NCBI GenBank assembly: GCA_034408725.1
Contig: JAWXCN010000198.1
Span: forward strand, 1-43,685
Origin: Candidatus Hydrogenedentota bacterium
GTDB taxonomy: Bacteria > Hydrogenedentota > Hydrogenedentia > Hydrogenedentales > SLHB01
Direction of reading: 5' to 3'
DNA: 43,685 bases
Made by a program: the position numbers and the translations under genes. Below, one piece after another: positions 34,188 to 43,685 of this stretch (positions are counted from its first letter, which is position 1; every line of letters starts with the position of its first letter). A model generated the notes under the pieces. It did no database searches and was not told the DNA's origin. It saw only the letters and a list, made by a program, of their open reading frames with translations.

Positions 34188-34434
34188 CTAAGTCACATGC
34201 GGAATAACTGTACGGCGAGTATAGCATCCCGTTTCCCGATACGCATAACTGCTTTAATTGTATTGGCTGGGCCAGCTTTTCCAAAAGAGATATTCCAACA
34301 GTGCGAAACCTGCGCTTTGCGTCCGCAGTCTAAATCTCTGCGTTGGAGTGCGTCTTCACGTTTGCTGTAACTGGTGGGCAGCAAATACTACGTGGATCAC
34401 ACTCGACCCTTAACCCGGGTGGTATGGAGGATTC

Positions 34435-35664
34435 ATGCGGAACTTGTCATTGGTGCTTGGCCTGTTTGTGGGCTTGGGCGCGATAGCTGGATGCAGCGGA
34501 CCCACTCAGCAAAAGACTGTGGCTAGCCGTGTCGAAGATAAGCGCACGGCAATTCCTGTTGAAGCTCTGTTGCCGGTCCGGGGTTCGATTTCCGAGTATT
34601 TTGACACCACCACCCGCGTGGAAGCCGAGCGGAACGTCCAGGTAACGTCGGAAGGAGTGGGGAAATGCCTCAAAGTGGCTGTCGAAGAGGGTGACACCGT
34701 CAACGAAGGTGACCTCCTTGTCGAGTTGGATCCGGCGGAACTTAATGCGCAAATCGCGTCGTCCAACTCACAGCTTCAAAAGGCTTCGAGCGATCTGAAC
34801 CGCGCGCGCCAACTTTTCCAGGAAGGACTGGGTCCGAAGGTTGACTATGATAATTCCCGTTATGCGTTCGAGCAGCAGGAAGCCAGTCTGAACCAGTTAA
34901 AAGTGCAACTTGCAAATATGACAGTGCGCGCGCCGCTGACTGGAATCGTGACAAAGAAAATGGTCCAGGAGGGGCAACTGGTGTCGTCAGGTTCTCCCAT
35001 CTTTGAAATTGTCGATCCGAAATCCTATATGCTCACGATCAGCGCGCCGGAAAAAGATTATCTGTCGCGCATCAAAGTCGGTCAAAAGGCCGTAGTGCGG
35101 CTCGATTCGATGGCCGAGGACGTTTCCGCCAAAGTCCGCAAGATCAATCCCGCGGTCGATGAGAAGACTGGAACGGTAAAGATTACGTTGGACTTCGAGC
35201 CAGGCGCGTTGGCCGAATTGAGGGACAAGGCTTTCGCGCGCGTGAACCTGGTGCTCTCCACTCACGAAGACACCCTACTCCTGCCCAAAGACGTCGTTAT
35301 GGAAGAGAACGCGCGTAAATATGTGTACATCATTGAACGCCCTTCGCCCACCGATGGCGAAGCAGAAAACAACTCGACTTCCTCTACTGATTCCGTGAAG
35401 CCCTCCGAGGTAGCGCTTGTCGCAAACCGCGTCGAAATAAAAACCGGTCTGGCGGACAGCTCGAACATCGAGGTGCTCGAGGGAATCACGGACAATAGTC
35501 TCGTTGTCACCGTAGGACAGCAGACTTTGAAATCCGGTTCTGAAGTAAAGTTGACCACGACCCAGGACGAGTTGCTCGCGAAGGCGGGCCTTTCCGCGGA
35601 CGAAGCGCTTAAGGCTGCTGAGACGGAGCACGAGAAAATCAGCACGCAATCCTCCGGGCAATAA
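34435..35664 (+). CDS. RND efflux periplasmic adaptor (membrane fusion) lipoprotein
   Basis: GGAGG RBS, IAG-C lipobox, VEEGD.V..GD.LV.LD, helical hairpin, VRAPL.G.V......G..V..G.PIF, INPAVD..TGTVK. Confidence 0.92.
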   Translation: MRNLSLVLGLFVGLGAIAGCSGPTQQKTVASRVEDKRTAIPVEALLPVRGSISEYFDTTTRVEAERNVQVTSEGVGKCLKVAVEEGDTVNEGDLLVELDPAELNAQIASSNSQLQKASSDLNRARQLFQEGLGPKVDYDNSRYAFEQQEASLNQLKVQLANMTVRAPLTGIVTKKMVQEGQLVSSGSPIFEIVDPKSYMLTISAPEKDYLSRIKVGQKAVVRLDSMAEDVSAKVRKINPAVDEKTGTVKITLDFEPGALAELRDKAFARVNLVLSTHEDTLLLPKDVVMEENARKYVYIIERPSPTDGEAENNSTSSTDSVKPSEVALVANRVEIKTGLADSSNIEVLEGITDNSLVVTVGQQTLKSGSEVKLTTTQDELLAKAGLSADEALKAAETEHEKISTQSSGQ

Positions 35665-35698
35665 GCTCATCAACACGTCCAAACCATAGAAGTATTTC

Positions 35699-38600
35699 AT
35701 GGGTCAGCCATTCGCGGAAGCTCCCGAGAAACACTACAGTCTGCCCATTCGCCGGCCGGTAACGGTGGCGATGGTCTTTATTACGTTGTGTGTGTTTGGC
35801 TGGAAGTCCTATCAGGAACTTCCAATCAATCTCATGCCGGATATTTCTTACCCGACCCTCACCGTGCGCACGGAATACGAAGGAGCGGCTCCCGAAGACG
35901 TTGAAAAGCTCGTAACACGTCCTATTGAAGAGCAATTGAGTATCGTCAGCGGGTTGGTCGAAATCAGCAGCACATCGTCCGCGGGTTTGTCCGAAATCGT
36001 CATGGAATTCACCTGGGGTTCGGACATGAACGTAGCCCAACAGGACGTCCGTGACCGGCTGGATTTATTCGACCCGCCGCGCGAAGTAACCGAAAAACCC
36101 GTTATCCTGCGCTACGATCCGACACTCGAGCCGGTCTTTCGCATCGCGATAACGGGCGATGATTATTCAGAAATTTCTGACGCGACGGAACGGGAGGAAC
36201 GCGCGCGCGAGGAACTAACGTCGCTAAGAGAAGCCTGCGATCGATTCATCAAAGGGGACCTTGAATCCGAGCAGGGAATTGCGCAGGCGGACGTCAAGGG
36301 AGGACGAGAAGCCGAGATCGAAGTGCTTGTGGACACGGAACGCATCAAATCTCTGGGCCTATCCATTGAAGGCGTCACACAGGCGCTCGCCCAGCAAAAC
36401 ATTAACCTCAGCGGCGGCAGTTTGCGCGAAGGCTCTACAACCGAATACCTGGTTCGCACCATTAACGAATGGACAGCCGTCGAAGAGATACCTCAATCGA
36501 TCATCGGCAATGGCGTTCACCTTTCGGATGTTGCCATTGTCCGCATGGGCGAAAAAGATCGCGAATCCGTTGTGCGCGTCAACGGCCGGGAAGCCGTCGA
36601 AATTCAAATATTCAAGTGGGGCGACGCGAATACTGTTGAAGTCTGTAATAACGTGCGCGACCTATTTGGATTTGAGCGGGAAAAGACGTGGTTGGAGCGG
36701 ATTTCCGCGTGGATGCAGGCTTCGACGCAGCAACAGCCGGATGCGAATATGCCGGCCGTCATTGCAATGTATCAGTTGCAACAGGAAATGAAGAAGTCGT
36801 TGACGATGCGGAACCGGCTTTCCGGAGAAGCGGAATATCACGTCGTCAGCGATCAATCCCGGTTTATCAAAGCCGCGGTAGACGAAGTCCAAAGCGCTGC
36901 TATCTGGGGCAGCATTTTGGCCGTGCTCGTGCTGTACATTTTCCTTCAGGAAATTCGCGCCACGATTATTATGAACATCGCGCTGCCCATTTCGATCATG
37001 ACCACTTTTATTCCGATGTTCATGCAGGACCTGAGCCTGAACATCATGTCCCTCGGCGGTCTTGCGATGGGCGTGGGAATGTTGACGGACAATTCGATCG
37101 TCGTGATGGAGAGCATTAAACGCTGCGCCGAAGAGGGCGATGACATGAAGGACGCAGTGGAGCGCGGGACCCGCGAAGTCTATGGTCCCGTGTTGGCGTC
37201 AACCTTGACAACGACCTGCGTTTTCCTGCCGCTCGCATTTGTCCAGGGTGTGGCGGGACAACTCTTCAAGGACCACGCCCTCACCGTAACGTACGCACTG
37301 ATTGCCTCGTTGCTCGTGGCGCTGTATCTGAACCCGATGATTGCGTCGCGCGGAAAACTGGAGTTCAAGTCGCACGAGAAATCTGTATGGCTGTTGTCGG
37401 CGTTTGGCCGCAACCGCACCGCGGGCCAAAGCAAGGTTACGTCTCTTATGTTGGCCCCGTTAACAGCCGTTATCATGAGCGCTGAATGGCTGCTCGACGA
37501 GCTTTGGCGGGACACTTATCCAATAGCCAATTGGCTAAAAGCGGCTTCCCAAAACTTGGGTAGCCCGGTGGGATTACTAAAATTCATCGGCGCCATGATC
37601 GGCGCGCCCATCGCATTTCTCTTCATGATCATGTTATTCGTGGTGCATTGCGTGCTCCGGGCCATCATGCAGATAATTATCACGATCTTCTTTTTGGTGA
37701 CACTGACTTTCGGCGCGCTATTCGCATTCTTCGGCGGGCTGTTGAAAATGGTTTTCTATGTTCCCCTCAAACTGTTCGATCTGGGCTTTGAAGGATTTCG
37801 ACGGTTATACGCGGTCGCCCTCAAGCGTAGTCTGAAGTTTAGCGCGGCGGTGCTTGCCTTGACGATCGCGTTATTCGTGCACTCAATATCACTGTTGCCA
37901 AATCTCGGCAGCGAGTTGATACCACACATGAATCAAGGCGAATTCACGATTCGGATGGAAGCGCCTCCCGGCACACGCCTCGAAGAAACCGAGCGTCGCG
38001 CGCGCGTCATCGAAGAACTGGCAATGAACATGCCGGAGATTGGCTCTGTCGGTGTCGCAATCGGGCAGGAAGGCGACGAAGCTAGCGCGTCACGGGGAGA
38101 AAACGTCGCCGAGTTCTCCATATTGCTCAAACACCCGAAAGAAGACGTCGCTCGCCAAACGGATATTATGGATAACATGCGGGACCGCATCGCCGATGTT
38201 AGCTCGGACCAGATCGCGTTCTCCGTGCCGTCGCTCTTTAGTTTCAAAACCGCGATTGAATTGCATGTGCGCGGTGATCAATATGCCGTGCTAAAGGAGG
38301 TTGGCAATCGCGTAGTCGACGCAATCCGTGACGTACCTGGCATAAAAGATCCGAAGCTCAATATGCGTGAAGGATACCCGGAAGTAATTATCGCGCTGGA
38401 CCGTGACCTGCTTGCCGCAAAGGGCATCGCTCCGGAAACGGTTGCACAACGTTTACGCGCGGAAATACAGGGCGAACTTCCCACCGAATTCAATCGCCAA
38501 GGTGAGAAAGTGGATATTCGCGTCCGCGCGGACCGGGCCCTGCTCAGCAGCGTGGAAGACTTGCGGAAACTTTCGGTTACCGATGGTTCGCCGCCAATAC

Positions 38601-39322
38601 CGCTCGAATCGGTGGCAAAGATCACGGTGCAAGAGGGGCCGAGCGAGGTAAAACGAATCGATCAGCGCCAGGTCGCCGTTGTTACCGCGAACGTCGAGGG
38701 GCGCGATCTCGCCGCCGTTTCCGAAGAACTCCGGACACGGCTCGATGCCGTCGAGATGCCGCGTGACTATGCAGTCCATCTCGGCGGCCAGGATCGCGAA
38801 TTGCAAACGGCCTACACAAGTTTACAGTTCGCGCTTCTCCTCGCGATCTTCTTGGTGTACGTCGTCATGGCCTGCCAGTTCGAGTCGATTCTTCATCCCG
38901 CGCTCGTGATGACCACAATACCGATGGCGTCCATCGGCGTAATCTACACCCTTGATGTGATGGACATTCCGCTGAGTATTCTTGTGTACATCGGCGTTAT
39001 CTGTCTCGCGGGTATCGTCACGAACAACGCCATTGTGTTGGTCGACTACACCAACCTTCTTATTGATCGCGGCATGCGCAGGGCAGAGGCCGTCGTGGAA
39101 GCGGGGCGTGTGCGCATGCGTCCCGTGTTCATGACAACCATTACAACCATTCTAGGTCTGCTGCCTATGGCATTCGCGACGGGCGAAGGGGATGAAATCC
39201 GGCGGCCCATGGCAATTACGCTCATAGCGGGCCTGTGCTCGTCCACCGTGTTGACTCTGGTCCTGATTCCCATGGTGTATTATCTTTTTGGGGGCCGTGA
39301 TGCCAAGCCTCGCGAGGAATAG
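35699..39322 (+). CDS. RND efflux permease subunit 1 (AcrB/HAE1-like) with insertions
   Basis: IRRPVTV, GAAPEDVE..VT.PIEE, SLNIMSLGGLA..VGML.DNSIVV, FES..HP, RMRPVFMT. Confidence 0.93.
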   Translation: MGQPFAEAPEKHYSLPIRRPVTVAMVFITLCVFGWKSYQELPINLMPDISYPTLTVRTEYEGAAPEDVEKLVTRPIEEQLSIVSGLVEISSTSSAGLSEIVMEFTWGSDMNVAQQDVRDRLDLFDPPREVTEKPVILRYDPTLEPVFRIAITGDDYSEISDATEREERAREELTSLREACDRFIKGDLESEQGIAQADVKGGREAEIEVLVDTERIKSLGLSIEGVTQALAQQNINLSGGSLREGSTTEYLVRTINEWTAVEEIPQSIIGNGVHLSDVAIVRMGEKDRESVVRVNGREAVEIQIFKWGDANTVEVCNNVRDLFGFEREKTWLERISAWMQASTQQQPDANMPAVIAMYQLQQEMKKSLTMRNRLSGEAEYHVVSDQSRFIKAAVDEVQSAAIWGSILAVLVLYIFLQEIRATIIMNIALPISIMTTFIPMFMQDLSLNIMSLGGLAMGVGMLTDNSIVVMESIKRCAEEGDDMKDAVERGTREVYGPVLASTLTTTCVFLPLAFVQGVAGQLFKDHALTVTYALIASLLVALYLNPMIASRGKLEFKSHEKSVWLLSAFGRNRTAGQSKVTSLMLAPLTAVIMSAEWLLDELWRDTYPIANWLKAASQNLGSPVGLLKFIGAMIGAPIAFLFMIMLFVVHCVLRAIMQIIITIFFLVTLTFGALFAFFGGLLKMVFYVPLKLFDLGFEGFRRLYAVALKRSLKFSAAVLALTIALFVHSISLLPNLGSELIPHMNQGEFTIRMEAPPGTRLEETERRARVIEELAMNMPEIGSVGVAIGQEGDEASASRGENVAEFSILLKHPKEDVARQTDIMDNMRDRIADVSSDQIAFSVPSLFSFKTAIELHVRGDQYAVLKEVGNRVVDAIRDVPGIKDPKLNMREGYPEVIIALDRDLLAAKGIAPETVAQRLRAEIQGELPTEFNRQGEKVDIRVRADRALLSSVEDLRKLSVTDGSPPIPLESVAKITVQEGPSEVKRIDQRQVAVVTANVEGRDLAAVSEELRTRLDAVEMPRDYAVHLGGQDRELQTAYTSLQFALLLAIFLVYVVMACQFESILHPALVMTTIPMASIGVIYTLDVMDIPLSILVYIGVICLAGIVTNNAIVLVDYTNLLIDRGMRRAEAVVEAGRVRMRPVFMTTITTILGLLPMAFATGEGDEIRRPMAITLIAGLCSSTVLTLVLIPMVYYLFGGRDAKPREE

Positions 39323-42300
39323 TCTTCCGGCGATCGCACTATCGCGACCGATAACGGTCCTGATGCTGTTGATCACCGTGCTGTGCCTCGGCGCCATTTC
39401 GGTGCAGCGCATTCCGCTCGAGTTCATGCCGCCAGTTGACGCCCCGTTTCTACGCTGCTACATCCCCTATGCTGGCGCAACACCGGAACAAGTGGAAAAG
39501 GAAGTCGCTATTCCGGCCGAAGGCGAATTCCGCACGCTTTCGAGTTTGTCCAGGGTGCTTACCCAATGCGATTCCAACGGCGCGACCATCACCCTGCTTT
39601 TCAACATGGGCACGGACATGACCAACGCTACGGCGGATGTCAGGGATCGAATGGAACGGCTCAAGCTGCAGCTTCCTGATGAAATCGAGCGCATCTTTGT
39701 TCAACGGTTTAACACCAATACGATTCCAATCATGGTCTTCAGCATCTACGGCCCGGGAGACGACGAAGACCTGGCGTACCGCGTCCGCACCATGCTCAAG
39801 CCGCGCCTGATGCGCCAGGAAGGCGTCGCGGATATCACCATCTTCGGCAAGCCCGAAAAAGAGGTACTGATCGAGTTCGATCAAGATTCGCTCCGCAATC
39901 GCAGCGTCGGGCTGTTTCAGGTCGTCTCGTCGCTGCGCGACAGTAGCATTAACGTCTCCGCCGGCGACCTGACGGATGGCAACAAGAAGTACTTCGTGCG
40001 GACGGTCGGCGAGTTCGCAACGCCGGAAGAAATTGGTGACCTGGTTATCGGACCAAATTCACTTCGGCTGCGCGATGTCGCAAATGTCGGTTACCGGACC
40101 CGTGAAGTGAACATGGATTTCTCGATCGACGGCGATTCCAGCACCTTCCTGCTCGTCCGGAAAGAGGCCGAAGCGAATGCGGTGCAGACTTGCGAGAACA
40201 TTCACGCCGAGTTGGAGAAGCTTGGCGGCGATCCGCAGTTTTCCGACGTAAAATATTTCATGCTCTTCGATCAGGCATCTTTGATTTCGTCCACACTAAA
40301 TAGTGTGATTGCCGCGGGATTCATCGGCGCCATATTCGCAATCATCACCATTTTCTTTTTTCTCCAGCGGATTCGACCCACGCTCATCGTGGCGACTGCG
40401 ATCCCGACCTCGGCAGTATGCGCGTTGATTCACATGTTTTTCTTCGATATGTCGTTGAACATTGTCACCATGGTTTCGTTTATTCTCGCCATTGGCATGC
40501 TTGTGGATGATTCGATTGTTGTCATCGAGAATATCTACCGCCACCGCCAACTTGGACTTGATCGCGTGGAGAGCGCCGTGCTCGGCGCGAAGGAAGTCAC
40601 GCTTCCGATGGCGGCCTCCTGCCTGACAACGCTCGTCGTGTTCGTGCCGGTGTTTTATCTTGATGCCGGTGAGATTTCCACCTTCATGAAGCAGTTTGCA
40701 ACGCCAATGGCGATATGCCAGATCGCAAGCCTGATTATCGGGATTACCGTCATACCGCTCGCGGTCAGCCGGCTGAAACCCCGCAACGAGCTGTGGCTCA
40801 TTCGCAAGCTTCGAAAAGTTGGCATAACACTGCCGATCTCGATGGATGACGCCGTCGGCGGCCAATCCCGCGCCACAAGCCGCAACCCATTTCGCCATAT
40901 GAATTGGTGGTATCTGAAAGCGCTATCGTGGTCGCTTCGCAACCGCTTGACGGTGCTGTCGCTCATTTTCCTGCTGTTTGTGCTTACCTTTTTCGTGCCG
41001 ATGCAGAACATGCAGCGCCAGAATATGCCCAACATGGATACGCGCCAGGTCGAAATAAATGTTCGCCTCGATCAGGGATATGATCTCGAAGGAGCAAAAG
41101 CGATCTTCGCCGAACTTCGGCGTTTGATCGATGACCAACGCGCCGAGCTTGGGGTCAAAAACGTATTTACGCGGTGCGAAGCCAACGGCGGCGATGTGAA
41201 TGTCTATCTCTTCGACAGCGATGACCGCGAGAAAGACTGGGCGTTGGCCGGGCGTCCTGAAGGCTTGGATTCGAAATATTCAACCGATGAAGTGCTGGAC
41301 ATCCTCTGGCAACGCCTGCCCAAGGCCATTCCCGGCGGCGAGCTCAGGTTTCGCGTCGCGGAAGCTACTGAACAGACTGCGCGAGCTTTTGCGTTGCAAT
41401 TGCGCGGCGACGACGCAGCCACACTTCGCCAGTATGCGGACCGCCTGAAAATTCTAATGACCCAGAGCATTCCTGATCTGACCGAGGTCGTCACGGACAC
41501 CGAACGCCGGAGGGAAGAAATTCAGCTTGGCGTCCGGGACAACATGGCGAGCCAATATGGGTTGAGCCCCCTGGGCATTGCGCAGACCGTTGATTTTGCC
41601 CTGCGCGGAATCCGGATTTCCTACCTCAAACAGGGAGGACGCGAAATTCCGGTATGGGCGCAGTTCCAGGAGGAAGACCGAAAGTCTCGCGCAAATTTGG
41701 AGAACGTCACCCTGCTTGGAGAAGAAGGCGACCTGATTCCATTGAATCGTCTCGTCGATTTTGGCCGTGGGCATAGTCCGGCGACGATTTCGCGCATCAA
41801 TGGCAAAAACGTGGTGACCATCACCGCCAAGTTCAAAGGCCGAGACATGGGCGGCATTATGAAACAACTTCGGACCGTAATCGATTCGTTTCAGATGCCA
41901 TCAGGTTACACGGTCGAGTTTGGGGACGAGCTTTCCGATCTGATGGAGAACAATTCAAACTTCCTGACGATGGTGTTTCTCGCGATTATTCTCGTCTACA
42001 TTGTGCTGGGGGCGACGTTCGAGTCCTTCATACTTCCCCTATCGATCCTCATGACTCTGCCGCTGGCGGCGATCGGTTCGTTTTGGTCCATCTACCTGAC
42101 GGGTTCGCCTCTCGATATTGTGGGCATGATCGGCTTTATTCTCTTGATCGGGATCATTGTGAAAAACGGCATCATGATTATCGACTTCATCATCATGGAA
42201 GAAACCAAAGGCGTCGATCGATATACCGCCATCATGCACGCCGGACGGGACCGCCTGCGTCCCGTGCTTATGACCGCCTCTACAACCATACTCGGTTGCC

Positions 42301-42509
42301 TACCCATCGGAATTGGCAGTTCCGTTGGCGGCACCGTTTCGCTGGACGGCATCGGAAAAATAATGATGGGCGGTATGGTCACCGGGACGGTGCTGACTAT
42401 GATTGTCGTGCCGGTCGTATACTCCGTGATCGACGACGGCCGGATATGGTTTTCGAGCTATTTCGCAAATATTGGCCGACTGTTGCGTCCCGTACGCGGT
42501 ACGTCCTGA
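39300..42509 (+). CDS. RND efflux permease subunit 2 (AcrB/HAE1-like)
   Basis: RPITV, GATPEQVE, SLNIVTM....LAIGMLVDDSIVV.ENI, FES...P, GIIVKNGI, RLRPVLMT. Start ATG 39300 (or 39288) overlaps the upstream stop region. Confidence 0.93.
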   Translation: MPSLARNSLPAIALSRPITVLMLLITVLCLGAISVQRIPLEFMPPVDAPFLRCYIPYAGATPEQVEKEVAIPAEGEFRTLSSLSRVLTQCDSNGATITLLFNMGTDMTNATADVRDRMERLKLQLPDEIERIFVQRFNTNTIPIMVFSIYGPGDDEDLAYRVRTMLKPRLMRQEGVADITIFGKPEKEVLIEFDQDSLRNRSVGLFQVVSSLRDSSINVSAGDLTDGNKKYFVRTVGEFATPEEIGDLVIGPNSLRLRDVANVGYRTREVNMDFSIDGDSSTFLLVRKEAEANAVQTCENIHAELEKLGGDPQFSDVKYFMLFDQASLISSTLNSVIAAGFIGAIFAIITIFFFLQRIRPTLIVATAIPTSAVCALIHMFFFDMSLNIVTMVSFILAIGMLVDDSIVVIENIYRHRQLGLDRVESAVLGAKEVTLPMAASCLTTLVVFVPVFYLDAGEISTFMKQFATPMAICQIASLIIGITVIPLAVSRLKPRNELWLIRKLRKVGITLPISMDDAVGGQSRATSRNPFRHMNWWYLKALSWSLRNRLTVLSLIFLLFVLTFFVPMQNMQRQNMPNMDTRQVEINVRLDQGYDLEGAKAIFAELRRLIDDQRAELGVKNVFTRCEANGGDVNVYLFDSDDREKDWALAGRPEGLDSKYSTDEVLDILWQRLPKAIPGGELRFRVAEATEQTARAFALQLRGDDAATLRQYADRLKILMTQSIPDLTEVVTDTERRREEIQLGVRDNMASQYGLSPLGIAQTVDFALRGIRISYLKQGGREIPVWAQFQEEDRKSRANLENVTLLGEEGDLIPLNRLVDFGRGHSPATISRINGKNVVTITAKFKGRDMGGIMKQLRTVIDSFQMPSGYTVEFGDELSDLMENNSNFLTMVFLAIILVYIVLGATFESFILPLSILMTLPLAAIGSFWSIYLTGSPLDIVGMIGFILLIGIIVKNGIMIIDFIIMEETKGVDRYTAIMHAGRDRLRPVLMTASTTILGCLPIGIGSSVGGTVSLDGIGKIMMGGMVTGTVLTMIVVPVVYSVIDDGRIWFSSYFANIGRLLRPVRGTS

Positions 42510-42531
42510 ATTTTTTGACGGGCCGGTCTCC

Positions 42532-42560
42532 TTGCACGCTATATTCCGATGTGCTATTCT
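42532..42560 (+). promoter_or_regulatory. Putative promoter of tpiA-secG
   Basis: TTGCAC, 17-nt spacer ending in TGC, TATTCT. A second candidate TTGACG-19-TATATT lies at 42515-42545. Confidence 0.5.
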
Positions 42561-42631
42561 TTCTTGCTCCCATAAACCTCGTTTAGTGCTAAATTTCGTA
42601 TTGTTTGCCCCCTGTGGATGAGAAGGAATTT

Positions 42632-43390
42632 ATGAGCCGTCGCCCCCTTGTTGCCGGTAATTGGAAGTTGAATCACCTCATTGGCGCTTCGATTGAAACC
42701 GCGAGCTCGGTAAAGGGCCTGCTTACTGCGCCTTCCGCGCTCGATATTGTCGTATGTCCCGTGTTCACTGCGCTGCAGAGTGTGGCTGAAACGCTGCAAG
42801 GCTCGCCCATCGAAGTGGGCGGTCAGAATTGTTATGTGAAAGAGAGTGGGGCCTTTACTGGCGAGGTCAGTCCTCAGATGCTCCTGGACGCGGGATGCGC
42901 CTGGGTAATCATCGGCCATAGTGAACGGCGTCATATTTTTGGCGAGACCGACACGTTGCTGAATGAAAAGTTGAAGTTCGCGCGCTCGGCTGGTCTAAAA
43001 GTGATGTTTTGCATCGGCGAGACGCTTGAAGAGCGCGAGGCCGGAAAAATGAACGACGTTTTATCGCGGCAGGTATCAAAAGGGCTCGAGGGCATTGACC
43101 CTGGACAATTTGACGGCATCGCGATCGCCTACGAGCCGGTGTGGGCGATCGGCACGGGCGTTACCGCGACCCCGCAACAGGCGCAGGACGCGCATGCATT
43201 TGTCCGTGGTTTGTTGAATAGCCAGCTTGGTGGAACTATTGCCGATACCGTGCGGATTCAATATGGTGGCAGCGTCAAGCCGGACAACGCTGCCGAACTT
43301 ATGCGCAATCCCGACGTGGATGGGTTTCTCGTCGGTGGCGCCGCGCTCAAGGCCGACAGTTTTGCGGCCATCGTGAACGCGGCCATTTAG
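42632..43390 (+). CDS. tpiA: Triosephosphate isomerase
   Basis: AGNWK, GAFTGEVS, GHSERR, AYEPVWAIGTG, YGGSVKP, LVGGA. ATG 42632 with AAGGA upstream. Confidence 0.98.
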   Translation: MSRRPLVAGNWKLNHLIGASIETASSVKGLLTAPSALDIVVCPVFTALQSVAETLQGSPIEVGGQNCYVKESGAFTGEVSPQMLLDAGCAWVIIGHSERRHIFGETDTLLNEKLKFARSAGLKVMFCIGETLEEREAGKMNDVLSRQVSKGLEGIDPGQFDGIAIAYEPVWAIGTGVTATPQQAQDAHAFVRGLLNSQLGGTIADTVRIQYGGSVKPDNAAELMRNPDVDGFLVGGAALKADSFAAIVNAAI

Positions 43391-43405
43391 AAGGAGTCGA
43401 GCCAG

Positions 43406-43685
43406 ATGTTGGAAACAATTTTTTCCTGGAATACGCTGTGGTGGATTCTCATGCCGATCTACATCGCTGCGTGCCTTGGTCTCATCGCGGTCGTCTTGCT
43501 TCAGAAAGGCAAGGGAACGGGTTTTGCGGGCGCCTTTGGTGTCGGTCCGGGGTCGGATACCGTGTTCGGTCCGCGAGCGCGCAAAAGCTTGCCCGTTCGC
43601 ATTACTTACATCATGGCTACTCTGTTTATGGTGCTTTCCCTAAGTCTATCGCTCATCGTTGGACGTGGAGCGCGCGGTGTAGCGC
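43406..43685 (+). CDS. secG: Preprotein translocase subunit SecG, truncated at the right window edge
   Basis: Translated by hand: MLETIFSWNTLWWILMPIYIAACLGLIAVVLLQKGKGTGFAGAFG..SDTVFG...ITYIMATLFMVLSL. AAGGAG RBS. Canonical position after tpiA. Confidence 0.92.
   Translation, partial: MLETIFSWNTLWWILMPIYIAACLGLIAVVLLQKGKGTGFAGAFGVGPGSDTVFGPRARKSLPVRITYIMATLFMVLSLSLSLIVGRGARGVA

Noticed and set aside
1-43685. CRISPR arrays, tRNA/rRNA genes, prophage, transposases, anti-phage defence genes
   Set aside because: I saw no regularly spaced repeats, RNA gene signatures or recognisable motifs for these, and the intergenic gaps are short.

Overview
A gene-dense, GC-rich bacterial chromosomal segment from a diderm-type organism; the lineage cannot be determined from this window. 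It carries about 36 CDS and I saw no rRNA, tRNA, CRISPR array, transposase or phage genes. Left to right: a partial secreted BNR/sialidase-like gene; a tightly coupled 7-gene operon (Nudix hydrolase, three B12-binding radical SAM enzymes, one radical SAM/SPASM-twitch enzyme, two paralogous lipoproteins) ending in a CTAG-bounded 143-bp MITE-like element and a terminator; a disordered/TM/coiled-coil protein with a near-consensus promoter; a minus-strand cluster of two paralogous lipoproteins, a TMTC-like GT-C/TPR protein and an RbsD/FucU protein; a REC/degenerate-GGDEF gene converging on a PilZ gene; MEMO1-family, stand-alone PAS, FG-GAP, YtxJ and AAC(3)-family genes; a GH2 / HD-YiiX fusion / CHAD / EEP / queG operon; an O-antigen-ligase-like TPR gene; a C26 / glutaminyl-cyclase-like M28 / GAF kinase / membrane-protein operon; an RND system with one adaptor and two permeases; tpiA and a partial secG. 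The best candidate for an undescribed system is the radical SAM/Nudix/lipoprotein operon (1009-7837). All family calls come from motif recognition by eye, with no database searches.
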